64,000 nucleotides of DNA, from the NCBI GenBank assembly GCA_963788345.1, contig CAWBGW010000039.1:3310-67309 (forward strand). The letters are read 5' to 3'. The translations under genes were made by a program, and so were the position numbers. Below the pieces are notes generated by a model, which saw only the letters and a program-made list of their open reading frames with translations, ran no database searches and was not told where the DNA came from. This stretch comes from an uncultured Acidobacteriota bacterium (lineage in GTDB: Bacteria; Acidobacteriota; Terriglobia; Acidiferrales; UBA7541). Shown one piece after another: positions 39,798 through 49,084 of the stretch. The first letter of the stretch is position 1. Every line of letters starts with the position of its first letter.

Positions 39798-41118
39798 TTA
39801 GCCGCCAAGCCATTTCGGGAAAACAGTTGCAACGCCGAATGCGATTCCCGCAAAAATCAAAAGCAGAGTGACGGTAACGCCCGCGACATTCGCCCACATT
39901 CCGTTCACGTGCTCGCCCATTACCTCACGATCGTTCACCAGAAGCAGAAGAAACGCGAGTGCCGGAGGCATGGCAAGAACCGCAATCACGTTGACGGTCA
40001 GGGCCACGAACTCGAGCGGAAACTTGGGAATCAGTACAAGCGCGGCGGCGGTGCAAGCAGAACCAATCAGCGTCAGGTAAAACGGCCACGCTTCGCGCAG
40101 CGGCCGATTCAAACTGTGGCCGGTCTGAAAAACTTCGCCGAAGGCGTACGCGGAGGACGTGGAGATCGCGATCGCCGCGACGATTCCCGCTTCGAAAATG
40201 CCCGAGCGCGAAAAGCGCGGCGCCCACGTGCCCGATCCACGGCTCGAGCGCCTGCGCGAATTCGGCGCCTTGAAACTGGGACGCGTCGATTCCGTGATGA
40301 AACAGCGGAACGGTGGCGAGAATCGCGGCGATCGCAAAGACAGAGGCGAGAAGCGCGCCGAGAAACGTGTCGAAGCGCCCGGCGCTGATGTCGCGCGGCT
40401 GCATGCCTTTGTCCACCACCGCGCTCTGCTGAAAGAAAAGCATCCAGGGCGTGACGGTGGCGCCGATGGTCGGCCAGGATCAGCACGAGAATCTCGTATC
40501 GGTTTCCGCGCGGCAAAGGCATCCACGTCAGGAAGGCGTGGCCCACGGCGTGCCAATCGGGCCGCGCCAAAATCGCCGCCGGAATAAAGAGGCCATTGAA
40601 GATGGCGAGGCTCAGCGTGATTCGTTCCCAGGTCCAATAGCGGCCGGTGGTGATGGCGCCGAGCACGATAACGAGCGCTCCGCCGACCGCGACTACTGGG
40701 ACGAATGCCGAAAAATCCGAGCCCGGCGCGCACGCCAATGAATTCCGTCACGAGGGTGAGGAAATTTCCGAGGATCAGATCGCCCATCGAAAAGAAGCCC
40801 CAGAATTTTCCGAAGCGATCGAAGATCAATTCGGCGTGGCCGCGGTGAGTGACGGCGCCGAGGCGCACGGTCATTTCCTGCACGATGAAGCCCATCACGA
40901 ACGTGAGCACGACGAAACGGCATGAAGAATCCGATGCCGAAGCGCGCGCCGTCGGCCGAGTAGGAAAGCATGCTCGGCGCATCATTCTCGCCGAGGAAAA
41001 CGAGCACGCCGGGGCCGACGAGAAGCCAGAGCAGACGCGAAGCCGCCGAACGTTTTCGGCCCGCGGCCTTTGCCGCGCGCGCGGGCAACCTGCCAGCGGT
41101 CGCGAGCGCGGTCGACAT
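39798..41118 (-). pseudogene. mntH: Nramp-family divalent metal (Mn2+/Fe2+) transporter, at least four frame breaks
   Basis: Five pieces in different frames assemble a complete Nramp. The pieces read ...LLWLLVGPGVLVFLGENDAPSMLSYSADGARFGIGFFMPF | VVLTFVMGFIVQEMTVRLGAVT...EFIGVRAGLGFFGI | ...VPVVAVGGALVIVLGAI...NRYEILVLILA | TIGATVTPWMLFFQQSAVVDKG...GAALFALG | IFEAGIVAAIAISTSSAYAFGEVF...VNDREVMGEH... Junctions lie near 40925, 40720, 40470 and 40195. Confidence 0.8.
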
Positions 41119-41239
41119 CTTCGTGCGTCAGGAGGCCGACCAGTTCGGGAGCGGATGCGGCGGCAGACTGGGTTGTCGGATGCGCCGGCTGATAGCCGGC
41201 ATGCTGGGAGCTTGTTCGAGCTCATCCATGAGTTAACCT

Positions 41240-41253
41240 TGCTGAACTCAGCA
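41240..41253. promoter_or_regulatory. perfect palindrome TGCTGA-AC-TCAGCA in the Nramp leader (candidate metal-regulator operator)
   Basis: It lies just downstream of a minus-strand TTGACG-17-TAGTTT promoter-like pair and inside the larger inverted repeat gagttaa...ttaactc. No known Fur/MntR consensus is recognisable. Confidence 0.35.
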
Positions 41254-41376
41254 TATAAACTACGCTTAACTCGATGCGACGTCAATCGGCACGGCGGAGA
41301 ACGGTGCGAAAAAGCTAGCGAGCCGCATCGGGAGGCTCTGCTATAGTGAGCGGAAACCGATCCGAAGGAGCGAGGA

Positions 41377-41682
41377 ATGGCTGAAGCACCGAAGCAACAA
41401 CAGCAAGTGCAGATCAAGGCTGACGAGAAGGAATTGCTCGGCCAGTATTCGAATCTCGTCGTGGTGCACCACAACGCCGAGGAATTCACGCTGAATTTTG
41501 TCTACATGTTCCCCACCGTGCCGCAGGGCAAGCTTGTGTCGAGCTTGATCGTGAGCCCGATGCATGCGAAGCGGCTGATGCGCGCGCTGGAGGAAAACGT
41601 CGCGCGCTACGAAGCGCAATTCGGACCGCTTCCGGAAGGACCGGGGCCAACTCCGGACACGAACGTCGGGTTCGTGCAATAG
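41377..41682 (+). CDS. DUF3467 domain protein
   Basis: 101 aa. YSNLVVVHHNAEEFTLNFVYMFP...GKLVSSLIVSPMHAKRLMRAL is typical of DUF3467. An RBS aggag lies upstream. Confidence 0.75.
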   Translation: MAEAPKQQQQVQIKADEKELLGQYSNLVVVHHNAEEFTLNFVYMFPTVPQGKLVSSLIVSPMHAKRLMRALEENVARYEAQFGPLPEGPGPTPDTNVGFVQ

Positions 41683-41724
41683 GAAGCGATGGCGCAAGCG
41701 GTTGGGATTACGATTTCGCAGCTA

Positions 41725-42066
41725 TCAGTGGGTGAGAACCGCTCCTGCGCGAGGTGGAGTGACTACCCAGTTGCCCGTAGTATCCAAGAATTCTACGCCC
41801 ACGGCAAACGCTGATAGCTGAGGCTCCGGCTGGCAGTAGGCGACGCGCGCTATGGATCGAAAGGAGCCGGTGAGCGTCGCAATCGTCAGGCGATCGTTGA
41901 TTTTCCAACGCCGAGTGCTCAGAATCCGCGCTCCGCGGGAGCTTACGTTTGAAGTGAAAGTGGCTTCCGTGCCGGGAAGCGCGCCGTTCCCCGTGACCTG
42001 AACACCCACTTCCATGGGAATACGCGTCTCACTTCGAAGCGCATCGAAAGTTTTCGGGATCCTCAC
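41725..42066 (-). CDS. PilZ domain protein
   Basis: It has the RxxxR (LRSETR) and (D/N)xSxxG (NVSSRG) c-di-GMP-binding motifs. The protein is 113 aa. Confidence 0.7.
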   Translation of the reverse strand: MRIPKTFDALRSETRIPMEVGVQVTGNGALPGTEATFTSNVSSRGARILSTRRWKINDRLTIATLTGSFRSIARVAYCQPEPQLSAFAVGVEFLDTTGNWVVTPPRAGAVLTH

Positions 42067-42096
42067 TCCGAAAAGGCATTTGCGCGCCCCCAGATT

Positions 42097-43462
42097 CTAG
42101 AGACAGGCTGCGACGTGCCGGAAACGAAGTTTCTTTTCACCGCGGCCCTTCATGCGATAAAGGGCGCGGTCTGCGGAACCCAAGAGCTTTTCGATTGTCG
42201 TCCCATCGGACGGATAAACGGCAACGCCAACGCTGACTGATATGGGCGGTTGCTGACCGTCATTTGCAAGCTGCTCGCAAATCCGGATGGCGGCTTGCTT
42301 CGCTTCCCTCTCGCCAGACTCCGGAAGAACCAGAGCGAATTCATCGCCTCCATAGCGGCCAGGCAGGTCGATTGCGCGGCTGCTGCTCCGCAGAGCGGTA
42401 CCGAGACGCTTGATGGCGCGGCTGCCCGTGAGGTGGCCGTACTTATCGTTGATTTTCTTCAGGCCATCCAAGTCAAAGAGCAGAACGGCAAAACTACGGC
42501 CCGTTCGCCGTGAACGCTGAAGCTCGCTTTCCAGCGCCTCGAAGAGCCGGCGATGATTGGCAAGACCCGTGAGAGGATCCGACGAAGCCAGTGTGCTCAC
42601 CTGGTCGAAGAGCTGAGCGTTATCGAGCAGCGTCCCGCCAAGAACCACAACGTAACTTAGAACCATAAACACATGCGCCAGAGTGAAAGGCGCGTCGAGC
42701 ACATGCTGCGATTCGCTGATCGTGATGTGACAGAGCGCGTTGAGCATGGCGGCCACGTACAAGGCCCGGTCCAAGGATGTGTTCACGCGGCGCAGGCGCA
42801 AGTGATAGCCGATTGCAGCCGCGACATAGATGGCCGCTGGAAGCAGGTCCCACAACCGCGGAATTAGAGCGCCCGGATGAATCTTCGGGGACGCCGGCAG
42901 CATGAAATAGAAAACGCTGGTCAGGTAGGCGACCGCACCGACAATCAGCGTCGCGACAGCCATTTCTTTGCCGGGGTCGCGCGACACAGGAACGCGCCGC
43001 TCAACGGCAAGAGCTGCGAGCAGGAGGACTCCCAGCAGAGTCCTTCCGGCCAGCCAACCGATCGAAATGTGGTCTCCGGGAACGGAAGTAACGAGCATGC
43101 CGCGATAAAACGTCATGCTCGTGCCGGCTTCGATCAAGCCCCGCCAGGACAAAACCGAAAGCAAGGATCAGGGAGATGCGGTCATGGGTGCCCCGGAAGC
43201 GGACCAGGGCGTTCGCAGCAAATGTGAAAGCGATCAGGCTCCCCGCCATTTCCAGATACGTGTCCAACAGCGGGTCAGCCAGATAGGAGGAGCCACGAAG
43301 AGCCAGCAGGAAGACGAGGTACGCCCCGGTAACGATCATCCAAACGAGGACGAGTCGAAAACGGTCTAAGTGCCCCCAAAACTTTGCTACGCGCTCCACA
43401 AATCCCCCAAACGAGAACACACGCCCCTTCAAGTAGAGAGCAAACGACGGTCCTTTGCGCAT
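42097..43462 (-). pseudogene. membrane-bound diguanylate cyclase (multi-TM sensor plus GGDEF), one frame break
   Basis: The C-terminal domain reads DPLTGLANHRRLFE...FAVLLFDLDGLKKINDKYGH...GRYGGDEFALVLP. The N-terminal TM region from ATG 43462 changes frame near 43138 (...LILAFGFVLAG | IEAGTSMTFYRGML...). Confidence 0.85.
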
Positions 43463-43619
43463 GTAGTTTTAGTACTAGCTAACTACTGATTACAGGACAC
43501 TTACTATCTTTGAGGCGCTTTCGGGCTTTCCGAGGTACCAGGATGGAACTGCTCTGCGGGTAGAAAAGTTACAAGCGTGGACTGCGCTATTCCCAATTCG
43601 GTAGCGGCTCCTCCGAAGT

Positions 43620-43859
43620 CTAGGTCTTATTTTCGTCGGCGGCCTTGACGGCCGATTCCGCGGCTTGGAATCCGATCCGGCTGTGCGTTCCGTCGCAGAA
43701 GGGCTTCGTGACGGAGCCTCCGCAACGACAAAGGGAAAATGCAAGCTTGCCCGTTAGATCGTACTTGTTTCCGTTGGCATCTACGAGTTCCACGGCACCT
43801 TCCGGCGCCTCGACTCGGAAAGGGCCGTTGGGTCTTACGGTGATCTTTACTTGAGCCAT
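43620..43859 (-). CDS. CDGSH iron-sulfur domain protein
   Basis: SLCRCGGSVTKPFCDGTHSR matches the CDGSH 2Fe-2S motif. The protein is 79 aa. Confidence 0.85.
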   Translation of the reverse strand: MAQVKITVRPNGPFRVEAPEGAVELVDANGNKYDLTGKLAFSLCRCGGSVTKPFCDGTHSRIGFQAAESAVKAADENKT

Positions 43860-43898
43860 TCAATCCTCCGGGTTGTCGGTGGCAAGCGCTGGCCAAAC

Positions 43899-45097
43899 TC
43901 AATACTTGGGAACCGAGGGGTCCACTTCGTCGGACCAAGCAAGAATACCACCCTTCAAGTTCAAAACCTTCCGGAAACCTGCTTTTCGCAGGAATTCAAC
44001 CGCTTCGGCTGAACGCTTGCCGCTGCGGCAATGCGCGACGATTTCGCGCGAGCTGTCGAGTTCATTCACGCGGCGCGAAAGGTCGCCCAGCGGAATCAAG
44101 TGGCCGCCGAGATTGCAAATCTGATATTCGTGCGGCTCGCGAACGTCGAGCACGAAGAGGTCGTCGCCGCGATCGAGCCGCGACTTCAAGGTCTCGCGGA
44201 GTAATTTCGGGCACGGAGGTCTCGCGGCGCGGGAGCCTCTTCGCCGCGAATGCCGCAGAATTCGGCATAGTCGATCAGTTTGGTGACAGTGGGGTGATTG
44301 CCGCAAACGGGACATTCGGGATTCTGGCGCAATTTGAGTTCGCGGAAACGCATTGCCAGAGCGTCGAAGAGAAGCAGCCGCCCCACGAGGGGCTCGCCTT
44401 TGCCGATGATGAGTTTGAGCGTCTCCGCGGCCTGAATCGCGCCGACGATTCCAGGCAGCACGCCGAGAACTCCTCCTTCCGCGCAGGACGGAACAAGCCC
44501 CGGAGGAGGCGGCTCCGGATACAGGCAGCGATAGCACGGCCCGTCCGGATAGCCGAAGATTGTTATCTGACCCTCGAATCGGAAAATCGAGCCGTAGACG
44601 TTCGGCTTCTTGAGCAGGACGCAGGCGTCGTTGACGAGATAGCGCGTGGGGAAGTTGTCCGTGCCATCGACGATGATGTCGTAGTCTTTGAACAGTTCGA
44701 GGGCGTTTTCGCTGGTCAACCGCGTTTCGTAGCGGTCGATTTGGATATCGGGATTCAGATTGTGGAGGCGCTCGGCCGCGGCTTCGATTTTTGGCCGTCC
44801 GACGTCAGTCGTGCTGAACAGAATCTGCCGCTGCAGATTTGTGAGGTCGACGGAGTCGAAATCGACCAAGCCGATGCGGCCGACTCCCGCGGCGGCAAGA
44901 TAGAGTCCGAGCGGAGCGCCGAGGCCGCCCGTGCCGATGCAGAGAACTTTGGCCTGCTTCAGCTTGAGCTGCCCCTCCATGCCGACTTCGGGCATGATCA
45001 AGTGCCGGCTGTAGCGCAGGATCTCTTCGTTCGAGAGCGTCACGGCTGTTTGGCCGGCGGTCGCCGGCGTCGTCGAGATTTCTGTTTTCGTTGCCAT
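43899..45097 (-). pseudogene. moeZ: MoeB/ThiF-type adenylyltransferase fused to a rhodanese domain (MoeZ-like sulfur-carrier activating enzyme), two closely spaced frame breaks
   Basis: YSRHLIMPEVGMEGQLKL...VLCIGTGGLGAPL...CYRCLYPEPPP...CPVCG is the E1-like domain. The rhodanese part reads LFVLDVREPHEYQICNLGGHLIPL...VAHCRSGKRSA. Between them the sequence reads in three frames (...GEEAPAPRDL | VPEITPRDL | KSRLDRGDD...), with junctions near 44218 and 44190. Confidence 0.85.
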
Positions 45098-45125
45098 TGG
45101 AACTTCTCCAGGATTCTACGCGAAT

Positions 45126-45411
45126 TCAACTCTGCGCGCCGCCGGCGATCGACGGCACGATGCTCACGGTGTCGCCTTCGCGCAGCCGCGTCGCATCCTT
45201 CTGCAGGTAGCGAATGTCTTCGTCGTTGACGTAAACGTTGACGAAACTGCGCAGACGGCCGTCATCGGCGTACAGGTGCTTCTTTAGCTCTGCATACCGG
45301 TTCGTCAGCGAAGCGAGCGCCTCACCTACGGTCGAGGCCTGCAATTCAACGCATTTCCTGCTTGCCGGCGTAGGCTCGAAGCGGCGTCGGGATGATGACT
45401 TTCACTGGCAT
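45126..45411 (-). pseudogene. cysO: MoaD/ThiS-family sulfur carrier protein (CysO-like) with residues after the GG motif, one frame break
   Basis: MPVKVIIPTPLRAYAGKQE (ATG 45411, RBS ggag) stops after 21 codons. The next frame continues VELQASTVGEALASL...YVNDEDIRYLQKDATRLREGDTVSIVPSIAGGAQS*. The junction is near 45350. Confidence 0.7.
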
Positions 45412-45429
45412 CCATTATCTCCTGTGGAG

Positions 45430-45870
45430 CTAAGCGGACGAACTCAGCGGCGCGACCGTTTCGATGAGCTCTGAATCGTAGGCGCTGCGGTCGTCCTGCA
45501 ATCGCCACGAAGTGGTATCTCGCGCCACGCCTTTCTGCACACTCACAATCACGTAGCTGTACCACGGCCAAGCGTGCTCTCGGTCGAACTCGCTGGGACG
45601 CGCTGGCGCGTCCGGATGCGAATGATACCAGCCAAGCAAGTCGAGCCGCTTCTCGCGCGCGGTCTTTTCCGCCAGACGCACGTCGTCGGGCGTCAGCTCG
45701 AAACGATTACGCGGCGAATCGTCACGCCGATTCGCGAGCGGCAAAAGGTCGACGATTTCGCGCGACTCGTCGCCGTCACGGCCCAGCAGCGCGCCGCAGC
45801 ACTCGTGAGGATACGTTTCCACGCCATGCGCATGGATGCGCCGAATGAGCTCGTCTTGCATTTTCAGCAC
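45430..45870 (-). CDS. mec: Mov34/MPN/JAMM-family metalloprotease (Mec-like)
   Basis: The JAMM motifs ECCGALLG and GWYHSHPDAPARPSEFD (HxHx7Sxx D) are present. The protein is 146 aa. Confidence 0.85.
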   Translation of the reverse strand: MLKMQDELIRRIHAHGVETYPHECCGALLGRDGDESREIVDLLPLANRRDDSPRNRFELTPDDVRLAEKTAREKRLDLLGWYHSHPDAPARPSEFDREHAWPWYSYVIVSVQKGVARDTTSWRLQDDRSAYDSELIETVAPLSSSA

Positions 45871-45876
45871 CGGCGC

Positions 45877-46866
45877 TCATTCTTCGCTCCAGAAACGCTC
45901 GGTCAGATATTTTTCGCCGGAATCGGGGAAGATCGTCACAATCACGGCGCGTTGCTCCCGCGGCAACCGGCCCGCAACATCGAGGCAAACCTGCATCGCC
46001 GCACCCGCGCTGACCCCCGCCAGAATTCCCTCTTCGCGCGCGAGGCGCTTCACCATTCGATGCGCGTCTTCAGTTCGCGCAGCCAAGTCTTCGTCGGCGA
46101 GGCTGGCATCGTAGATGGGCGGCACGATGGCGGTGGCCATGTGCTTCATTCCTTCCAGACCATGAAAGCCGGAGTCGGGCTGAAAGCTGATGCAGCGAAT
46201 CTTCGGGTTCAGCTCTTTAAGTCGCCGCGTCGTGCCGACGAACGTGCCGCTGGTGCCAAGACCGGCGATGAAATGCGTGATCCGCCCGTGCGTCTGCTCC
46301 CATATTTCCGGGGCCGTGCCGGAATAATGCGCGGCAGGATTCGCGGGATTCGAATACTGGTCAGGATAGAAATATTTCTCGGGTTCCGCATTGTAAATCT
46401 CGCGGACGCGGCGAATCGCGCCGTCGGTTCCTTCGCCGCCCGGGGTGAAGACGATGTCGACACCATAGGCTTCCAAGATGCTTTTGCGCTCCGGCGACGC
46501 GCTGCTGGGCAAGCAAAGCTTCACGCGATAGCCCAAAGCTGCGCCAATCATCGCGTAGGCAATGCCCGTGTTCCCGCTTGTGGCGTCGAGAATGATCTTA
46601 CCTGGACGCAATTTGCCGCTGCGCTCTCCTTCGCGGATCATGGAGTAGGCGGCGCGATCCTTCACGGAACCGCCCGGGTTGAACCATTCCGCCTTGGCGG
46701 AGAACTCGACATTCGGGAAATCGGCGCCGATCCGCTCGATTTTGAGCAAGGGCGTGTTGCCGATGCGCTCGAGCAGATGCTGGCCGATACGAACGCTGGG
46801 CGCTGTGTGTTGGGCGGACACTACTGGTCTGTTCACTGATGTCACGTTTTTCTCTGTTCGATCCAC
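45877..46866 (-). CDS. cysM: PLP-dependent cysteine synthase (CysM type)
   Basis: IGNTPLLKI...NPGGSVKDRAAYSMI (PLP lysine), TSGNTGIAYAMI and GLGTSGTFVG are present. Intact 329-aa ORF. The start codon choice is uncertain (GTG 46866). Confidence 0.9.
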   Translation of the reverse strand: MDRTEKNVTSVNRPVVSAQHTAPSVRIGQHLLERIGNTPLLKIERIGADFPNVEFSAKAEWFNPGGSVKDRAAYSMIREGERSGKLRPGKIILDATSGNTGIAYAMIGAALGYRVKLCLPSSASPERKSILEAYGVDIVFTPGGEGTDGAIRRVREIYNAEPEKYFYPDQYSNPANPAAHYSGTAPEIWEQTHGRITHFIAGLGTSGTFVGTTRRLKELNPKIRCISFQPDSGFHGLEGMKHMATAIVPPIYDASLADEDLAARTEDAHRMVKRLAREEGILAGVSAGAAMQVCLDVAGRLPREQRAVIVTIFPDSGEKYLTERFWSEE

Positions 46867-47074
46867 TCGTATTCAGTTTGTTTCAGGAAGTCTAGCAAAT
46901 CGAAGCGCCGCTTTGCACTTAGCGGCGACAACGCGAACCGAGGGGCGCGTTAGGAAAAACAAGCCGCCGAGGATGGTGTTGCCGTGTCACACGTGGTTTG
47001 ATGCTCGCCATTCAGTTTTGGACCCAGATTTTTGGCTTTACAGAACGCCCATTGAATCCATATTCTGAATCACC

Positions 47075-47515
47075 ATGTGGTACGTCAACAAGCTATTTGA
47101 TCAGCCTCAGATCGAGTCGCTCTCGAGCAAGGGGTTCCTCGTCCGCAGCTCGGGAGGCGTGGTTCGCATCGAAAAGTATGGCTGCGGCGCGGAATTGCGG
47201 AAGGCTTCCGAAGGGCGCTATCAGATGACCGTTATTCCGTCCATCATGTCGCAGGGGCAGTTCACTCACCTTTGGGACGCGGGCTATCAGAAGTTTCTGC
47301 TCACGCACGACGGCACGAAAATCCCGATTCGAGTGGGCCAGCTTGCCGACCTGCGGCTATTCAACGAAGAGCTGCGCACGGCCCTCGGCGTTCCCACCTA
47401 TTACAACGAAGCGCTCGGATCCACCTGCCAGTACACCGTCTACGATCGCGTCAAAGGCCGCCCTGGAGACGATCCGGACGAAACCGTGGGCGCGCACGAA
47501 GAAGCCGAGCACTAG
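47075..47515 (+). CDS. hypothetical protein (146 aa)
   Basis: Clean ORF with protein-like composition and an acidic C-terminus. No family was recognised. Confidence 0.55.
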   Translation: MWYVNKLFDQPQIESLSSKGFLVRSSGGVVRIEKYGCGAELRKASEGRYQMTVIPSIMSQGQFTHLWDAGYQKFLLTHDGTKIPIRVGQLADLRLFNEELRTALGVPTYYNEALGSTCQYTVYDRVKGRPGDDPDETVGAHEEAEH

Positions 47516-47579
47516 GTTGACCATCCTGTTCGGCCTCGCGGGCGGGTCCACTAGAAGACGGACTGGAGCGACCGTGGTT

Positions 47580-48048
47580 CTAGTGTGCGCGGGCCTGCTC
47601 GATCTTGCGGCGCAGGAGCGCGGGATCGACGCGATGTTTCGCGAAAAATTGTGAACCGACAAAGATGACGGGAACGTCGTCGGTGTAGCGATCGCGCAGG
47701 ATTGGGTCGTCGTCGATATCCACTTCGCGCAGCTTTGCGCCGAATTGAGACAGCAGCGGCGTGATGACGGCCTTGGCCTCGTCGCAAAGATGGCAGCCCT
47801 CTCTCGTGTACAGCGTGATGTCACTCGGCGCCGCAATTTCCAGGCGGCCATCCTCCGTTCGGCTGTAGAAATCTCCGCCATCGTCGCGAAGAAGGCCTGA
47901 CTTCACAAGCTCGGAAACTTCTGTCGAAGACGGCGTTGCGCTCTTCCGGCTGGTTGCCGCCGACGAATTCGAAAAAGGTGTGGAGATCCAGCGAATCACG
48001 TTCGAGATGGTCGAAGGTGGAAAGAATGCGCTGCGAGATGGAGTCCAT
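47580..48048 (-). pseudogene. glutaredoxin-like (DUF836-type) protein with N-terminal extension, one frame break
   Basis: The C-terminal part ITLYTREGCHLCDEAKAVI...DIDDDPILRDRYTDDVPVIFV is a thioredoxin fold with CxxC. The N-terminal part MDSISQRILSTFDHLERDSLDLHTFFEFV (ATG 48048) is in another frame and joins near 47925. Confidence 0.55.
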
Positions 48049-48068
48049 TTGTTTGTGGCGCGCTTCCG

Positions 48069-48602
48069 CTACGGCTTGATGGTGTAAAACTGCTGAAAAG
48101 GGCCGCTGCGCGGATAGAAAGCGCGCGAGCGGTAAAGTTCCGCAATCTGGCGAATGTGGCCGAGGTCGTGGAATGCCCACTCGTTCATCAGATGGCCGAT
48201 CGTAATCGGCCCGATTTTCGCGTGCTGCCCCTTGCGCGCTAGAACTGTGGACGGAACGTAACGCAAGAACGACAGACTGCGGTCGCGCTCGTGGCAGAAT
48301 GTCTTCAGGCTCTCGCGGCCTTTCTTCCCGGTGTAGTTACCCGCGGCATAGGCGGCGTTCTGGTCATAACCTTCCAGCGGCGGGTTGTCCTTCTCAATCA
48401 TTACGCGGATGCGTTCGCGGAAAGCCATGACCTCCGCCTCGGCAAGATGCGCCAGCACCTCGCTGATCGACCAGCGATCCATGGCGGGCTTCCATTGCAT
48501 TTGCTCGTCGGTGGCGGCCCAAACAATTTTCTCGATGATGATGGGCGTTTGCTCGAGGACGGCAATTCCGGGTAATGCGTCGGGGCTCGGAGTGGCAGCC
48601 AT
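48069..48602 (-). CDS. DinB-family protein
   Basis: 177 aa. The His triad context (EVLAHLAEAE ... NEWAFHDLGHIRQI) is typical of DinB/YfiT-like proteins. Confidence 0.8.
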   Translation of the reverse strand: MAATPSPDALPGIAVLEQTPIIIEKIVWAATDEQMQWKPAMDRWSISEVLAHLAEAEVMAFRERIRVMIEKDNPPLEGYDQNAAYAAGNYTGKKGRESLKTFCHERDRSLSFLRYVPSTVLARKGQHAKIGPITIGHLMNEWAFHDLGHIRQIAELYRSRAFYPRSGPFQQFYTIKP

Positions 48603-48724
48603 GAATCCTCCCGCTATCCAGCGATGAGTTCTTCCTCGTTATACCTCAGCGAGAAGGCGTTGTCGAAGCCAAGCCTTGTGCCGGCGGCGGGCACATGGTA
48701 CACCGGGGACGGAGATATATACGG

Positions 48725-49084
48725 ATGGCCCAAGTTCTGGCGCTCGTCGATGACCTGTTTTTTCAGGCGAAGATGCTCGAGACGGCGCGGCACGTCGGCG
48801 TCGAACTGCGTACGTGCAGCACCGCCGACGCGCTCGCGGGAGAGATTGCGAAAGAAGCGCCGAACCTTGTCGTCGTCGATCTGAATGCTCGCAGCCAGCC
48901 TATCGCCGCCATCGAACGAATGCAGTTGAAGCCGCGGACCTTTGCGATTGTCGCGTTTCTCTCTCACGTTCAGGTCGAGCTCGCCGAACGGGCAAAGGCC
49001 GCGGGCTGCAGTACGGTGATGCCGCGTTCACAATTCACGCGCGACCTGGCAACCATCTTCGCTCAAGCGAAATCCCAGTCGTAA
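48725..49084 (+). CDS. single-domain response-regulator receiver-like protein (divergent)
   Basis: MAQVLALVDDLFF...NLVVVDLN...IVAFLSH has a REC-like layout with an acidic pocket and a phospho-acceptor Asp. The conserved Lys region is not obvious. The start is taken at ATG 48725. Confidence 0.55.
   Translation: MAQVLALVDDLFFQAKMLETARHVGVELRTCSTADALAGEIAKEAPNLVVVDLNARSQPIAAIERMQLKPRTFAIVAFLSHVQVELAERAKAAGCSTVMPRSQFTRDLATIFAQAKSQS

Noticed and set aside
41128-41229. 33-codon ORF upstream of the Nramp gene considered as a separate leader peptide gene.
   Set aside because: It could equally be the real N-terminus displaced by one more frame break. No conservation information is available, so it is mentioned only under the Nramp finding.
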